From Akkermansia sp. (GTDB taxonomy: Bacteria; Verrucomicrobiota; Verrucomicrobiia; Verrucomicrobiales; Akkermansiaceae), in NCBI GenBank assembly GCA_022787425.1, contig JALFWB010000006.1, positions 23,528 to 87,527 on the forward strand: a DNA stretch of 64,000 bases. The letters are read 5' to 3'. The notes beneath the pieces are model-generated. The model saw only the letters and a list, made by a program, of their open reading frames with translations, did not search any database and was not told the origin of the DNA. Within the stretch, counting starts at the first letter, position 1; every line of letters begins with the position of its first letter. This document shows, piece by piece, positions 43,789 to 53,242 of this stretch. A program made the position numbers and the translations under genes.

Positions 43789-43981
43789 GACGCGGAATTT
43801 TCGGAATTTTTGGAAGCTTAAATTTCATGCTCTTCTTTGGCAAGACTTCAAAGTAAATTCATCCCATAGGTAGCTATAGAAATTTATCAAAAAATCAAGG
43901 AAACTACCATCCCGGCGGCATGCAGCTTGTACCGAGTCAAGCATTCCAATCAGTTTCCGGGAATTCCAAAAATTCCGCGTC
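43789..43981. repeat. imperfect 27-nt inverted repeats enclosing a 139-bp AT-rich segment (MITE-like, structured RNA or degenerate inverton)
   Basis: GACGCGGAATTTTCGGAATTTTTGGAA (43789-43815) versus the reverse complement of 43955-43981, GACGCGGAATTTTTGGAATTCCCGGAA: 23/27 identical. Confidence 0.6.
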
Positions 43982-44020
43982 CTCCCCAACACACCCTCTC
44001 TATTACCCAGGCGGCAGGAC

Positions 44021-44059
44021 TTGAAAAAAGGGCCTGCCGCAGTGCTGTGCGGCAGGCCC
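44021..44059 (-). terminator. rho-independent terminator of the autotransporter gene
   Basis: Perfect 12-bp stem GGGCCTGCCGCA (44030-44041) / TGCGGCAGGCCC (44048-44059), 6-nt loop, followed on the minus strand by TTTTTT (44029-44024). Confidence 0.85.
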
Positions 44060-44084
44060 TGTGAAGTGGACTTGCGTCCGTGTA

Positions 44085-47000
44085 TCAGAAGTTGACGCGG
44101 TAGCCAACGGAGCCGTTCACGCCCACCTCGTCGGCATTGAAGTCGGCGTTCACATCGAAGAAGATGGAGCCTGCATCCTGCGAGATCGGGATGGTGAGGG
44201 TGGCTCCGAGTTCTGCGCCGATGACGCCCTTCTCGTTGCTGCGGGTGGTGACCGTGGCGGTCGGCAGGACGGCAAGGGCGGTGTTCAGCTTGTTGTAGCG
44301 GTCGCCGAAGTCCAGTTTGAGCAGGGCGCGGGCCTCGAAGATGGAGGCGCGGTTGTACTCGTTCTCACCCACGACGCTCTGCAGTCGACCACCGAGGCCG
44401 AGGGAGAATTGGGTGAGGGATGCCGAGTCCGTGGTCAGGCGGGTGTCCGCCGTGCCGCCTTCCGTTGCGCTGTCCAGCGTGGTGTGGCTGAAGCTCATGT
44501 TGAACAAGGGCTGCACACAGGTGGTCGCCTCATCGTTCAGGGCGAAGGTGCGGGCGACCTCATACAGGAAGCCGAACATCATGCCGTTCGTCTTGTAGGT
44601 CGTTTTACCCGTGACACCGGGGATGGTGCGCTCCAGGTCGACATCCGCGCGGCCGAGGGTTCCCACGAAGGTATTGACCCAAGAACCGGTCGAGACGCGG
44701 GCGAAGAGAGAGACGTACTGGGTGTCCAGGTCGCCTGTCAGGGTGTCCGCAGCCTTGCCGGTGTAGTCACCGAAGAGGGCACTGACGGCCACGCCGAGGG
44801 TGAGGTTCGGGTTCACGTCGACATCAACGCCGACCGTGCCGCCCCAGGAGGAGACTTGGTAACCGGCATCCGTGCCGCTCTCGCTGAGCTGGCGGTAGTT
44901 GCCGTCACCGCTGATCCAGCCGTTGACGTAGGGCATGTCCTCGTTCACCACGCACTCATTCACGCCCATGGTGGTCGTGCGGTTGCGGATGGAGCGGAGT
45001 TGACGCTGCACATCGTCAGCCAAGGCCAGCCCCACAGCGGACAGCGAGCTACCCGCCAGCGCCGCACCCAGCTTGTCCATCGCGTCCTTGTTACCGGTAG
45101 CAATGTGGTTATCCAGCATAGTGAGTACCTGAGCCAGCTCGCCGTTGGGTGCCGTTGACCGCGGGTCAAGGTGGAACATCGCCTTACCCGCCAGCGCGAG
45201 ACCCGCCGTGCCGTTCGGCGTCTGACCACCATGCGAGACGTAGTATCCCGTGTTGGCGTCAGCGATGATATCAACGGAGCCCTCCACCGCGCGGAAGTTG
45301 GTGAAGTACTTGGTCATCCAAGTGCATTCGCTCATGTCCACCGTCACGTTGCTCACCGAGCAGCCGTCCCGATCGTTCAGCACAAAGAGCAGGATGTCCT
45401 TCTCCTTGCCGCCCGCATTGAAGTCCAGCCCCGTGTTCTCCACCTCATGCACCTTCAACGTCACGTCCTTCAGGCTCAGGGATGAACCCGTGGTAACAGT
45501 CGGTTTATCATCGTTAGCCTTCAGCTTCTCATTTACCTCCGTGGCGGAAACGATGAAGTCCAGAACGCCATCCTTCATGGTGGAAGCATTGCCCAGCGTC
45601 ACCGTGGTCGCCTTACCATCATCTGTTGTCTTGTTGTTCAGCTTCACCGATGCCCCCGTGGTAGCAATGCCATCGAGCTTGTTGGAATCAGCATAGGCAC
45701 TGTTCAAACCAGTCAACTCCACTGTGCCGAGTGTGCCGACCACCGTCAGCTTCTCATCCGCCGCCAACTCCTGGACAGCACCATCTCTCACAGTGCCAAT
45801 GGAGGTCGCGCTGTTGTAGTTCCCGGTGAAAGTGCCGCTCTCACGTACCAACAACGTACCTTGCACACCCTTTGAGGCAACATTTTTGTCCAGCTTTTCC
45901 AGCTCAATGGTGCCTGTATTCTTGGCAATAATGTCAGCACTGATCTCGCCCGAAACCACCAGCTTGCCATCGCCGCCGACTATACCATCGCCGGAGATAG
46001 ATCCCACTTTCACGGTCGAGCCGCTGCCGATGGTCAGGGTGCCATTGTTGGTCATCTTCTCACTTTCCAAGGAGCCACCTTCTCCTTCTACTGTCAGAGA
46101 GGTGCCGGTGTGGATGGAAGTAAGCTCATTCACCGTCAGATTGTTTTGCACAATCAATTTGCCGTGGGCAATACTGAGCGTCCCCGTTGTCACGTCTTTT
46201 CCGCTGAGGGTGTAGGCATCCCGATCTGCACCCGGGGTGAAGTCTACCGCAATTCCCTTCACGGTTTGATCACTATTCACGATCACCTTACTTGAACCGT
46301 CACCGGCAAAAGAGACATAGCTATCCTTCGTCAGCTGAGCATCTGCGTTTGCGCCGAAGCCAGTCGATGATGTCCATCCATTTGTCTCGTCACCATGCCA
46401 CGTCAACCCAAGCGTCACTTTAGAAAGAGTGACCGAGGTGTCGTTCATTGCAATATAGTAACGCACTTCCGTACCATCTGCAGCGTTCTGCGTAAAGGAT
46501 TCCTTTTCATTTACGGTTGCCTTGTCATACCCCACGATGCCGCCCTCTGCATTCAGCAGTTTGAATTCCGCCCCATCCGGGAGGTCCTGCAGGAAATCGA
46601 GGTTCCCCGATGAGGTCGTAAAATTCAGGGTTCCGCTACCGCTTGCTTCACCCCCAACAGTAATAGCCGTCTTAGTGGCATCCAAAGCTGCGCCATCCAA
46701 CGTGATTGTCGAAGCTCCTGTCAGATCGCCCGTCAAGCTCATGGTCTCGCCCAAGGTCAGCGCGCCCAAAAGCTTCATGGATCCTCCGTTGACCGAGGCA
46801 TTCAACTTCGCACCGTCTGCCAAGGTCAGCAACGAGGTCGACTCACTCGCCGTGTAGCTGCCCGTCCAGTCTTTAATGTCTCCGCCGAGGGAAACATTCC
46901 CCTTGGAATTATTGACGATCGAACCGGTTCCGGACAGCTTACCATTGAGAGCAAGAGTACCGGCGGTTTCCGGCCCGTCAGTGAGCGTCAGCGCAGCAAC

Positions 47001-50000
47001 GTCAGGAGTGCTTTCGTCCGTAGATTGTATGTCCACCAAGACCAAATCAGCAGTCACTTTCGGGCTTGTGCCGTCCGCTCCATCGTATGCGTAGCCGCTC
47101 AAACCGGAGATCTTGATGGTGCTGGTCTGCTGAGTCGTACCGTCCACCGTTCCGGTAGATGCCAGATGATTCAGCTCCGTGATGGAGAACCAGTCGTCAC
47201 CATTCCCTCCCAACTTGGTGTTCGTAACCTCCACCGTACCCGTCCAACCGGGATCGCTGGGGGTAGTATCCGTACCCGCTGTCGGATTGACAACCTGTGT
47301 TGCGCCGGCTTCCAGCCCCATCGCATTGTCCATGACATAGGTTCCCTTGCCGGTCAACTTCAGAGTTGGAGTGAAGTCTCTGGTGGAACCATCCGTTCCT
47401 TCGACTTCCTTCTGCAGGATGGTAGCCTTATTCAGTCGGATTTCCGTTCCATCCGGGTTCGTACCATCGAACTTGATGGTAGCGTCGTTCAATACAATGA
47501 TGCCACTCGTCGCATTCTCATTCAGATTGTTCTTCATCACCAGCGTCAGAGGCTCTGTCTCTAAAGCCGCTTTATCAAGAACAAGCCCGGTTGTGGCGGT
47601 ATTTGCAGCGGAATTTGCCCTTGAACCGCTCTGATACACAACGCAATCCTTCTTATTATCATTATCGGAGTCGGTCTCATTGTACATGATGTAGAAGAGA
47701 TCCTTCTGAGCGTCCGTTCCTGTAATCTTAACGTTGGAGCCATCCGAGGCGATGAAGGAACCCGATTCGGTAGCAGTGCTGGTGAAGGTCTGATTTCCGA
47801 CAGTTACACTGGTAATACCACTTGCAGAAGCCCCGGCACTTCCGGCAACGATAAGGAACGAGCCGTCAACATATCCATTGCCGCTGTCCGGACGTTGAGC
47901 ATCCACATAATCAATATCCTTCTCTGTCAATACATCCTTTGAGGTGAAACTCAGGGAGCCACCGGTGGCGAGAGTAAACGTCCCGGCGTTCTCGATGGTT
48001 GCCCCGAGTGTCACATCGCCGGTTACTGTAAGATTGGCTCCTGTAAGGACGGAGAGTTTACCCTCTCCCACAACAGACTTCCCTATATGATCCCCCGTGG
48101 TGGCATCGCCCAGAGTCTTGGTGCCTGCTATCTCAAGCGTTGTATCTTTCGCCAGAGAAATAGCACCTGTACCGAGTATTGCCTCGTCCTTTAATTGTAC
48201 CGTGCCTCCGGTCACAGTAAGGTCTTTCGTCCAAGTCGAAGTCGTGTTCGTGAAGATCACCCTGCCTTCGCCGGCTTTCACGATATTATTGGTACCATGC
48301 CGGTTATCTACGATCTTCGATGAAACCAACAATTCACCGTCCTTCTCCACAGTCAGATTTAAAACCTCTCTTGCCTGAAGTTCTTCGGCACTAATCTTGT
48401 TATTGGTTCCGGAGACGTTGACAGTTGCACCGAAGGGCATAATTTTAGTTCCGGTCAAGACACTGTTACCGCCCATGTCGACGGACGTGCACCAAGTGAA
48501 GGGATTGCTCCCATCCGTATCATTGAAATCCAATGTCGCAACTTTATCAGTACTCTCGCCGCCCAGAATGATCTTGTTCGGACTCTTGGCGCTCGACCAT
48601 GCGAGCATATCGTGTCCCGTCAGTCTCAGGGTTCCGCCTGTAACCTTAACCTCAGACCCGACACTGATGCAACTTTGGTCACTCAAGGCACCGCAATTGA
48701 TCTCGAGAGTGCCCCCGGAGACAAGCAAGCCTGTTCCGGAGAATGTATTGGCCGCGCCGATAAGCTTAACTGTACCGGCTTCTACGATTAATTTGCCACC
48801 TTGCACCGTGGGCTGACCGTTTGAGTTCTGCAGTATCAGATTGCCACCATCCAGCGTGAATTGATTCTCTATCACCAGGGGGGAGCAGAAGGTCAGTGTG
48901 CCATCTATTGTCAGTGCTGCCGTTGAGCCGGAGGCCTGAAGAGAACCGACAAGTAATTGTCCCGCACCTTCCTTAATCGTCGCGCCCCCACCGATGGACA
49001 GCGAGTGCGCATTGACGACATGGGCGTTGAGATCTAGGGTGCCACCATTCAGAGAGAGAGCAGCAACACTCACATCTTCCTGCGCCGTCACAGTACCGCC
49101 GGTAATTGTAACAGAATCGCCATCTCGGTATGAAGTGGCGACACCATTAACATCTTTGAATAATGTATTAGTCTCTGTGCCGTTGTTTTTCCAAGCAACA
49201 TCGGAGTCTGTGAACAACTCCATGGTAGCGTAGCCCTGCTTCTTGTAGTTAACCAAGACGGAGGTGCCTCCGTCCGAAAGCGTAGCATCCGCAAGGATAT
49301 GACCATCCTGGTCGAAAATGATGCAATCCGAAGAAGCGGTGGAGTAAACATTGCCCCCCTCAGCCATGGTGAGAATTGTCCGCGATACGTTCACTTCACC
49401 ATACGTTCCTCTGTTGGACAGACCGCTGATCTCCTCATCCTTTGTGTTGACAACGATTTCTAAATGGAAGGTTCCTCCATTATTCTTGAGCCTGAAATTC
49501 TTTACGGTGCTGCCCAGATTGATTAGACCGTTCTCCCCGATATGCCAATTTTGGAAAGTATTGCCATCGTTAAGGTCAATGGTATCTCCTCTGCCGACAA
49601 AATTCAGCAGGCCGTCCACATACACGTTTGCAGTGTTGTTTGACTCCGTGTTCTTCAAACTGGTGCCATAACTAACATTCAGGATGGACCCGGTCCCGAC
49701 ATGAATTGCCCCGGCCCACTCACTGAGGTCGCAGGAAACTGCGCTGTGTCCCGTCACCTTAATACCTCCGTAGTCAGAGGTGTTTTTAGTGTTCTTGGCC
49801 GAAACAACACCGACTGAGTCAAAGACGAGCAGGGGGCCTCCTTTTCCTCCACGGTCGGGATTTGCGTCTTCGCCTGCTGCATTCTTAAATCCACCACTGG
49901 CCGTTGAGTAGGTATACACAGGGCCTCCGAACATGGGTTGATTCAGCCATGGGTCATAGCCAATGGTTTGCATGAAATCGAGACTTGTCCACGAAGCGGC

Positions 50001-50588
50001 GTCTGCCCCGATCCTTGCACCCCCGATCAGGGTTGCGTGATTTTTGTTGCCATTAGTCCAATACCAAGAAGTTTCCGAGGACAATGCTAGATTGCTAATC
50101 CCGGTGTCGACGACAGAAGTGCGATAGGAAGAGGATGATGTTAGATCGAGGAGGTATACCTGATGGTTGACCGCATCGTATGCCAAGCGGTAGGTGTTAC
50201 CCACAACAACCGGAATGGCTGCGCTCTTTGCCGTGCCTCCTTCCGCGATGCATATGGTCTTGTTTCCATTGTTGATGTAAGCAGAAAGTCCGATGGCGGT
50301 GCTTTCGTCATGACTCCCCGAGTAGCTAGCTCCGTTATTGGCGATAGCATTGAATTTCAAATCCAGATACCAGCTCTGGGCGGATGTTGTGTTACCTGCA
50401 AAAGCATTGAATGTGATGCGGGTGTTGGTTTGCGTGACATCAGAGCTGGTAACACTGGTATTGCTTCCTGTACCGAAAACAAGCCCCGATATAGCTTCTG
50501 TCGTCAGCGTCTCTGCATAGGTGGGAGACGCAGCCAGTATGCATGCGAGAAGGGCGGTGCGAAGGCCCTTAGGTAAGTGTAATTTCAT
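44085..50588 (-). CDS. giant autotransporter (type Va) outer-membrane protein with beta-helical passenger
   Basis: Signal peptide MKLHLPKGLRTALLACILAASPTYA. About 1850 aa of G/T/N/S-rich beta-strand repeats (GGTL.L.G, autotransporter-associated repeat style). C-terminal about 280 aa has alternating beta-barrel pattern ending ...GSVGYRVNF with terminal Phe. Confidence 0.9.
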   Translation of the reverse strand: MKLHLPKGLRTALLACILAASPTYAETLTTEAISGLVFGTGSNTSVTSSDVTQTNTRITFNAFAGNTTSAQSWYLDLKFNAIANNGASYSGSHDESTAIGLSAYINNGNKTICIAEGGTAKSAAIPVVVGNTYRLAYDAVNHQVYLLDLTSSSSYRTSVVDTGISNLALSSETSWYWTNGNKNHATLIGGARIGADAASWTSLDFMQTIGYDPWLNQPMFGGPVYTYSTASGGFKNAAGEDANPDRGGKGGPLLVFDSVGVVSAKNTKNTSDYGGIKVTGHSAVSCDLSEWAGAIHVGTGSILNVSYGTSLKNTESNNTANVYVDGLLNFVGRGDTIDLNDGNTFQNWHIGENGLINLGSTVKNFRLKNNGGTFHLEIVVNTKDEEISGLSNRGTYGEVNVSRTILTMAEGGNVYSTASSDCIIFDQDGHILADATLSDGGTSVLVNYKKQGYATMELFTDSDVAWKNNGTETNTLFKDVNGVATSYRDGDSVTITGGTVTAQEDVSVAALSLNGGTLDLNAHVVNAHSLSIGGGATIKEGAGQLLVGSLQASGSTAALTIDGTLTFCSPLVIENQFTLDGGNLILQNSNGQPTVQGGKLIVEAGTVKLIGAANTFSGTGLLVSGGTLEINCGALSDQSCISVGSEVKVTGGTLRLTGHDMLAWSSAKSPNKIILGGESTDKVATLDFNDTDGSNPFTWCTSVDMGGNSVLTGTKIMPFGATVNVSGTNNKISAEELQAREVLNLTVEKDGELLVSSKIVDNRHGTNNIVKAGEGRVIFTNTTSTWTKDLTVTGGTVQLKDEAILGTGAISLAKDTTLEIAGTKTLGDATTGDHIGKSVVGEGKLSVLTGANLTVTGDVTLGATIENAGTFTLATGGSLSFTSKDVLTEKDIDYVDAQRPDSGNGYVDGSFLIVAGSAGASASGITSVTVGNQTFTSTATESGSFIASDGSNVKITGTDAQKDLFYIMYNETDSDNDNKKDCVVYQSGSRANSAANTATTGLVLDKAALETEPLTLVMKNNLNENATSGIIVLNDATIKFDGTNPDGTEIRLNKATILQKEVEGTDGSTRDFTPTLKLTGKGTYVMDNAMGLEAGATQVVNPTAGTDTTPSDPGWTGTVEVTNTKLGGNGDDWFSITELNHLASTGTVDGTTQQTSTIKISGLSGYAYDGADGTSPKVTADLVLVDIQSTDESTPDVAALTLTDGPETAGTLALNGKLSGTGSIVNNSKGNVSLGGDIKDWTGSYTASESTSLLTLADGAKLNASVNGGSMKLLGALTLGETMSLTGDLTGASTITLDGAALDATKTAITVGGEASGSGTLNFTTSSGNLDFLQDLPDGAEFKLLNAEGGIVGYDKATVNEKESFTQNAADGTEVRYYIAMNDTSVTLSKVTLGLTWHGDETNGWTSSTGFGANADAQLTKDSYVSFAGDGSSKVIVNSDQTVKGIAVDFTPGADRDAYTLSGKDVTTGTLSIAHGKLIVQNNLTVNELTSIHTGTSLTVEGEGGSLESEKMTNNGTLTIGSGSTVKVGSISGDGIVGGDGKLVVSGEISADIIAKNTGTIELEKLDKNVASKGVQGTLLVRESGTFTGNYNSATSIGTVRDGAVQELAADEKLTVVGTLGTVELTGLNSAYADSNKLDGIATTGASVKLNNKTTDDGKATTVTLGNASTMKDGVLDFIVSATEVNEKLKANDDKPTVTTGSSLSLKDVTLKVHEVENTGLDFNAGGKEKDILLFVLNDRDGCSVSNVTVDMSECTWMTKYFTNFRAVEGSVDIIADANTGYYVSHGGQTPNGTAGLALAGKAMFHLDPRSTAPNGELAQVLTMLDNHIATGNKDAMDKLGAALAGSSLSAVGLALADDVQRQLRSIRNRTTTMGVNECVVNEDMPYVNGWISGDGNYRQLSESGTDAGYQVSSWGGTVGVDVDVNPNLTLGVAVSALFGDYTGKAADTLTGDLDTQYVSLFARVSTGSWVNTFVGTLGRADVDLERTIPGVTGKTTYKTNGMMFGFLYEVARTFALNDEATTCVQPLFNMSFSHTTLDSATEGGTADTRLTTDSASLTQFSLGLGGRLQSVVGENEYNRASIFEARALLKLDFGDRYNKLNTALAVLPTATVTTRSNEKGVIGAELGATLTIPISQDAGSIFFDVNADFNADEVGVNGSVGYRVNF

Positions 50589-50717
50589 GTCCTTGATGTG
50601 AGAAAGTTTGGAGAGATTCGACGCAAGGGGTGTGGGACGCATCGCCACATCGGCTCTTTCTCTCTCTCTCACACCGAGGTGAGCGATACGCCTACATCCC
50701 CTGCGAACGCTCTAATG

Positions 50718-50887
50718 CTACATCATTTCCAAAGCACACCCTATGTCTCATGTTGATACTGAACGACTTATGCAGTATAAACGCTGTGAGCAGCCCCGCA
50801 CAAGCTATGTCCTTAATGTGGAAAATCTATGGCATTGATGGGAAAATTCCCATTTTTCTGCTTGACTCATCATTGGAAATGCTGTAG
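50718..50887. promoter_or_regulatory. candidate invertible promoter cassette (inverton) upstream of the autotransporter gene
   Basis: 15-nt inverted repeats at 50718-50732 and 50873-50887 (14/15 complementary) flank 140 bp. That segment carries TTGATA(50753-50758)-17-TATAAA(50776-50781) on the + strand, facing away from the autotransporter. Confidence 0.5.
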
Positions 50888-50901
50888 GCTTTTCACCGGG
50901 G

Positions 50902-50936
50902 AAAAAAGCCGCGCTCCCTCGGAAGGGGGCGCGGCT
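50902..50936 (-). terminator. rho-independent terminator of the acetyl-CoA synthetase gene
   Basis: Stem AGCCGCGC (50907-50914) / GCGCGGCT (50929-50936) with additional inner C:G pairs, followed on the minus strand by a T-run (complement of A 50902-50907). Confidence 0.7.
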
Positions 50937-50960
50937 GCAGAAATTGCGGGGCAGGGGTGC

Positions 50961-53042
50961 TTACTTGAGCAGCATCTTGAAGTCCACCACCACGGCGCGG
51001 TCGGCGGTGACGAGCACCGGGTTGCCGTCGATGGCCGTAATCTCCGGCACCTCGAGCACGAGCTGCTGCACCTTGCGGAGGGTGTCCGCCAAGGGGCCGA
51101 CGGCCTTGGGAGCCTCGCCGCGCACGCCGTTGAGGATCTTGCCGACCTTGGTCTCCTTGATCATGGCATCGAAGTCATCCGTGGGCAGGATGCGCATCGT
51201 GGTGTCGCGCATCACCTCCGTGTAGATACCGCCGGTACCGAAGACCATGACGCGGCCGAAGTTCTTGTCGCTGTTCACACCGATGATGGTCTCCGTAGCC
51301 TTGGTGATCATCTCCTGGATGAGCACGGAAGCCCCCTTGAGGTTGAACTTGGTGATGGAAGCCCACAGGCCGTCCCAAGCGGTGTTGAAGGAAGCCTCGT
51401 CCGTGATGTTGAGGTAGATACCCTTCATCTCCGTCTTGTGCAGAGCATCCGGGGCGGAGAGCTTGAGCACGACGGCGTTCGGGAACACGGTCTTGCAGAA
51501 CTCCAGGGCCTGCGCCTTGTCCGTAAAGTTGCCACTCTTCGGGAAGTCGATGCCGTAGTGAGCCATGAGCGCGTTGACCGTGGTCTGGGGCAGGGAAGCG
51601 AGACCGGCGGCCTTGGCCTCTGCCACCTGAGCCTTGAGGTCGGCCGGCAGGGTACCGAGCTCCACGGAAGCGAGCTTCTTGCCCTTGTAAGCCATCTGGC
51701 CCTTCAGCAGACCGAGCAGGCGGACGACATCGTTCGGGTACTCATAGACGAGGATGTGGTTGTCTGCCAAGATCTTGCGACCCTCCGCCACGCGGGCACC
51801 GCCGACGAAGCCGCAGAAGATGTTGACATTCTTGAACTGCGGAGCAATCTTGGCGATGGCCTGAGCCGTGCCCGTCGGGTCCGTCACGCGCTGCGGGGTG
51901 AGCAGCACGAGGATGTTCTTGTACTCACCGCTCTCGCAGAGCACGCGCAGGGCGTTCTCATAGCGGTCGGCCAAGGCATCGCCCACCACGTCGATGGGGT
52001 TGCCGAGCGCGGCCTCCGGGGTGAGGACGGCCTTGAGCTTCTCGATGGTGGCATCGGACGGGCGAGCCATGTCCAGCCCCGCCTCCTCGCAGAGGTCGGA
52101 GGTGAGCACGCCGACACCGCCGGCGTTGGTGAGCACGGCCAGCTGGCCGTCGAACTCGTGGTGATTGGCGTACTGCAGGATCTCCAGCAGGCCGAAGAGC
52201 TCGCGGTCATTGTAAGCCTGCACGGCACCGGCACCCTGCAGAGCCATCTCCAGCACGCGGTAGTTCGGCGCGAGCGAACCCGTGTGGGAGAGAGAAGCGG
52301 CCTGGGCCTTGCTGCTCTTGCCGGGCTCCATGATCACGCAGGGCTTGGTGTTGGAGACCTCCTTGAGCACGCGGAGGAACTCCTTGCCGTTCTTGAGGGA
52401 CTCCAGGTAGAACACAAAGGCATTCGTGTTCGGGTCATCCTTCAGCGCGTCCAGCAGCTTGTCCTCGCCCATCACGGCCTTGTTGCCGATGGAGATGAAG
52501 TGAGAGAAACCGATGCCCTTGCCGGCGGCCCAGTCCATGATGGCGGAGCAGTAAGCACCGGACTGGGAGATGAAGGCCACATTGCCCTTGGGCGGGTTGC
52601 CGTCACCGAAAGAGGCATTCAGGTTATTGAAGGTGGAGATGTGGCCGAGGCAGTTCGGACCCAGCAGGTTGATGCCGTTGTCCAGGCACTTCTGCGCGAT
52701 GCGCTTCTCGAGATCCTTCTGACCGACCTCAGCGAAACCGGCGGTGATGATGGAGATATTCTTCGTGCCGTTGGCAATGCACTGGTCCACGGTACCCTCC
52801 GTAAAGCGGGCCGGCACCAGAATGACCACCAGATCCATGGGCTCCGGCAGCTTATCCACGCTGGCGTAGCAGGGGTAGCCGTTCAGCTCTTTGCCGTCCA
52901 GCTTGGGGTTGACGCCGTAGAGCTTGCCGGGGAACTTGGCACCGATGATATTGTTGAATACAACGGCACCCAGCTTGGCGGGATTGTCGGAGACACCGAC
53001 GACCGCCACACTCTTCGGATTAAAGAATGATTCGAGAGACAT
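50961..53042 (-). CDS. ADP-forming acetyl-CoA synthetase / acetate--CoA ligase family protein
   Basis: N-terminal CoA-binding fold FFNPKSVAVVGVSDNPAKLG, a succinyl-CoA-synthetase-like flavodoxin domain and a C-terminal ATP-grasp. Start set at ATG 53042 (MSLESFF). Confidence 0.9.
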   Translation of the reverse strand: MSLESFFNPKSVAVVGVSDNPAKLGAVVFNNIIGAKFPGKLYGVNPKLDGKELNGYPCYASVDKLPEPMDLVVILVPARFTEGTVDQCIANGTKNISIITAGFAEVGQKDLEKRIAQKCLDNGINLLGPNCLGHISTFNNLNASFGDGNPPKGNVAFISQSGAYCSAIMDWAAGKGIGFSHFISIGNKAVMGEDKLLDALKDDPNTNAFVFYLESLKNGKEFLRVLKEVSNTKPCVIMEPGKSSKAQAASLSHTGSLAPNYRVLEMALQGAGAVQAYNDRELFGLLEILQYANHHEFDGQLAVLTNAGGVGVLTSDLCEEAGLDMARPSDATIEKLKAVLTPEAALGNPIDVVGDALADRYENALRVLCESGEYKNILVLLTPQRVTDPTGTAQAIAKIAPQFKNVNIFCGFVGGARVAEGRKILADNHILVYEYPNDVVRLLGLLKGQMAYKGKKLASVELGTLPADLKAQVAEAKAAGLASLPQTTVNALMAHYGIDFPKSGNFTDKAQALEFCKTVFPNAVVLKLSAPDALHKTEMKGIYLNITDEASFNTAWDGLWASITKFNLKGASVLIQEMITKATETIIGVNSDKNFGRVMVFGTGGIYTEVMRDTTMRILPTDDFDAMIKETKVGKILNGVRGEAPKAVGPLADTLRKVQQLVLEVPEITAIDGNPVLVTADRAVVVDFKMLLK

Positions 53043-53204
53043 AATAGTAATAATAGGTGAATTTTGAGGCCGGCATGGCCTTACTGCCACCAGTTTACCA
53101 CTCTCAACCTGCCAACGCAAGCCCCCAGTGCGCAAAATGCCGCATTTTTGCCCGCAGAGGGGCAAAAAAAGGGGACTGCGGCGGCGGGAAGGCACATTTT
53201 CCCC

Positions 53205-53233
53205 TTGCTACAATACGGCGTTTGCGGTAAAAT
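53205..53233 (+). promoter_or_regulatory. promoter of serS: TTGCTA-17-TAAAAT, ATG 9 nt downstream
   Basis: -35 at 53205-53210, -10 at 53228-53233, ATG at 53243. Confidence 0.65.
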
Positions 53234-53242
53234 AGGGCCGCT

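Noticed and set aside
43556-43843. 95-aa highly basic ORF (TTG start) inside the IR-flanked AT-rich element and overlapping the aroK 3' end
   Set aside because: It has a non-ATG start, a 123-nt antisense overlap with aroK, and a composition that looks like a translated spacer. There is no supporting signal.
50659-50670. (TC)6 dinucleotide repeat in the autotransporter leader, as a possible slipped-strand phase-variation tract
   Set aside because: It has only six units and lies in an untranslated region, not between the -35 and -10 boxes. It is too short to argue for contingency-locus behaviour.
50829-53030. 733-aa ORF on the + strand
   Set aside because: It is antisense to the ADP-forming acetyl-CoA synthetase gene. 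It has a repetitive G/A/V/L/D/H/R composition and no motifs, so it is a shadow ORF.
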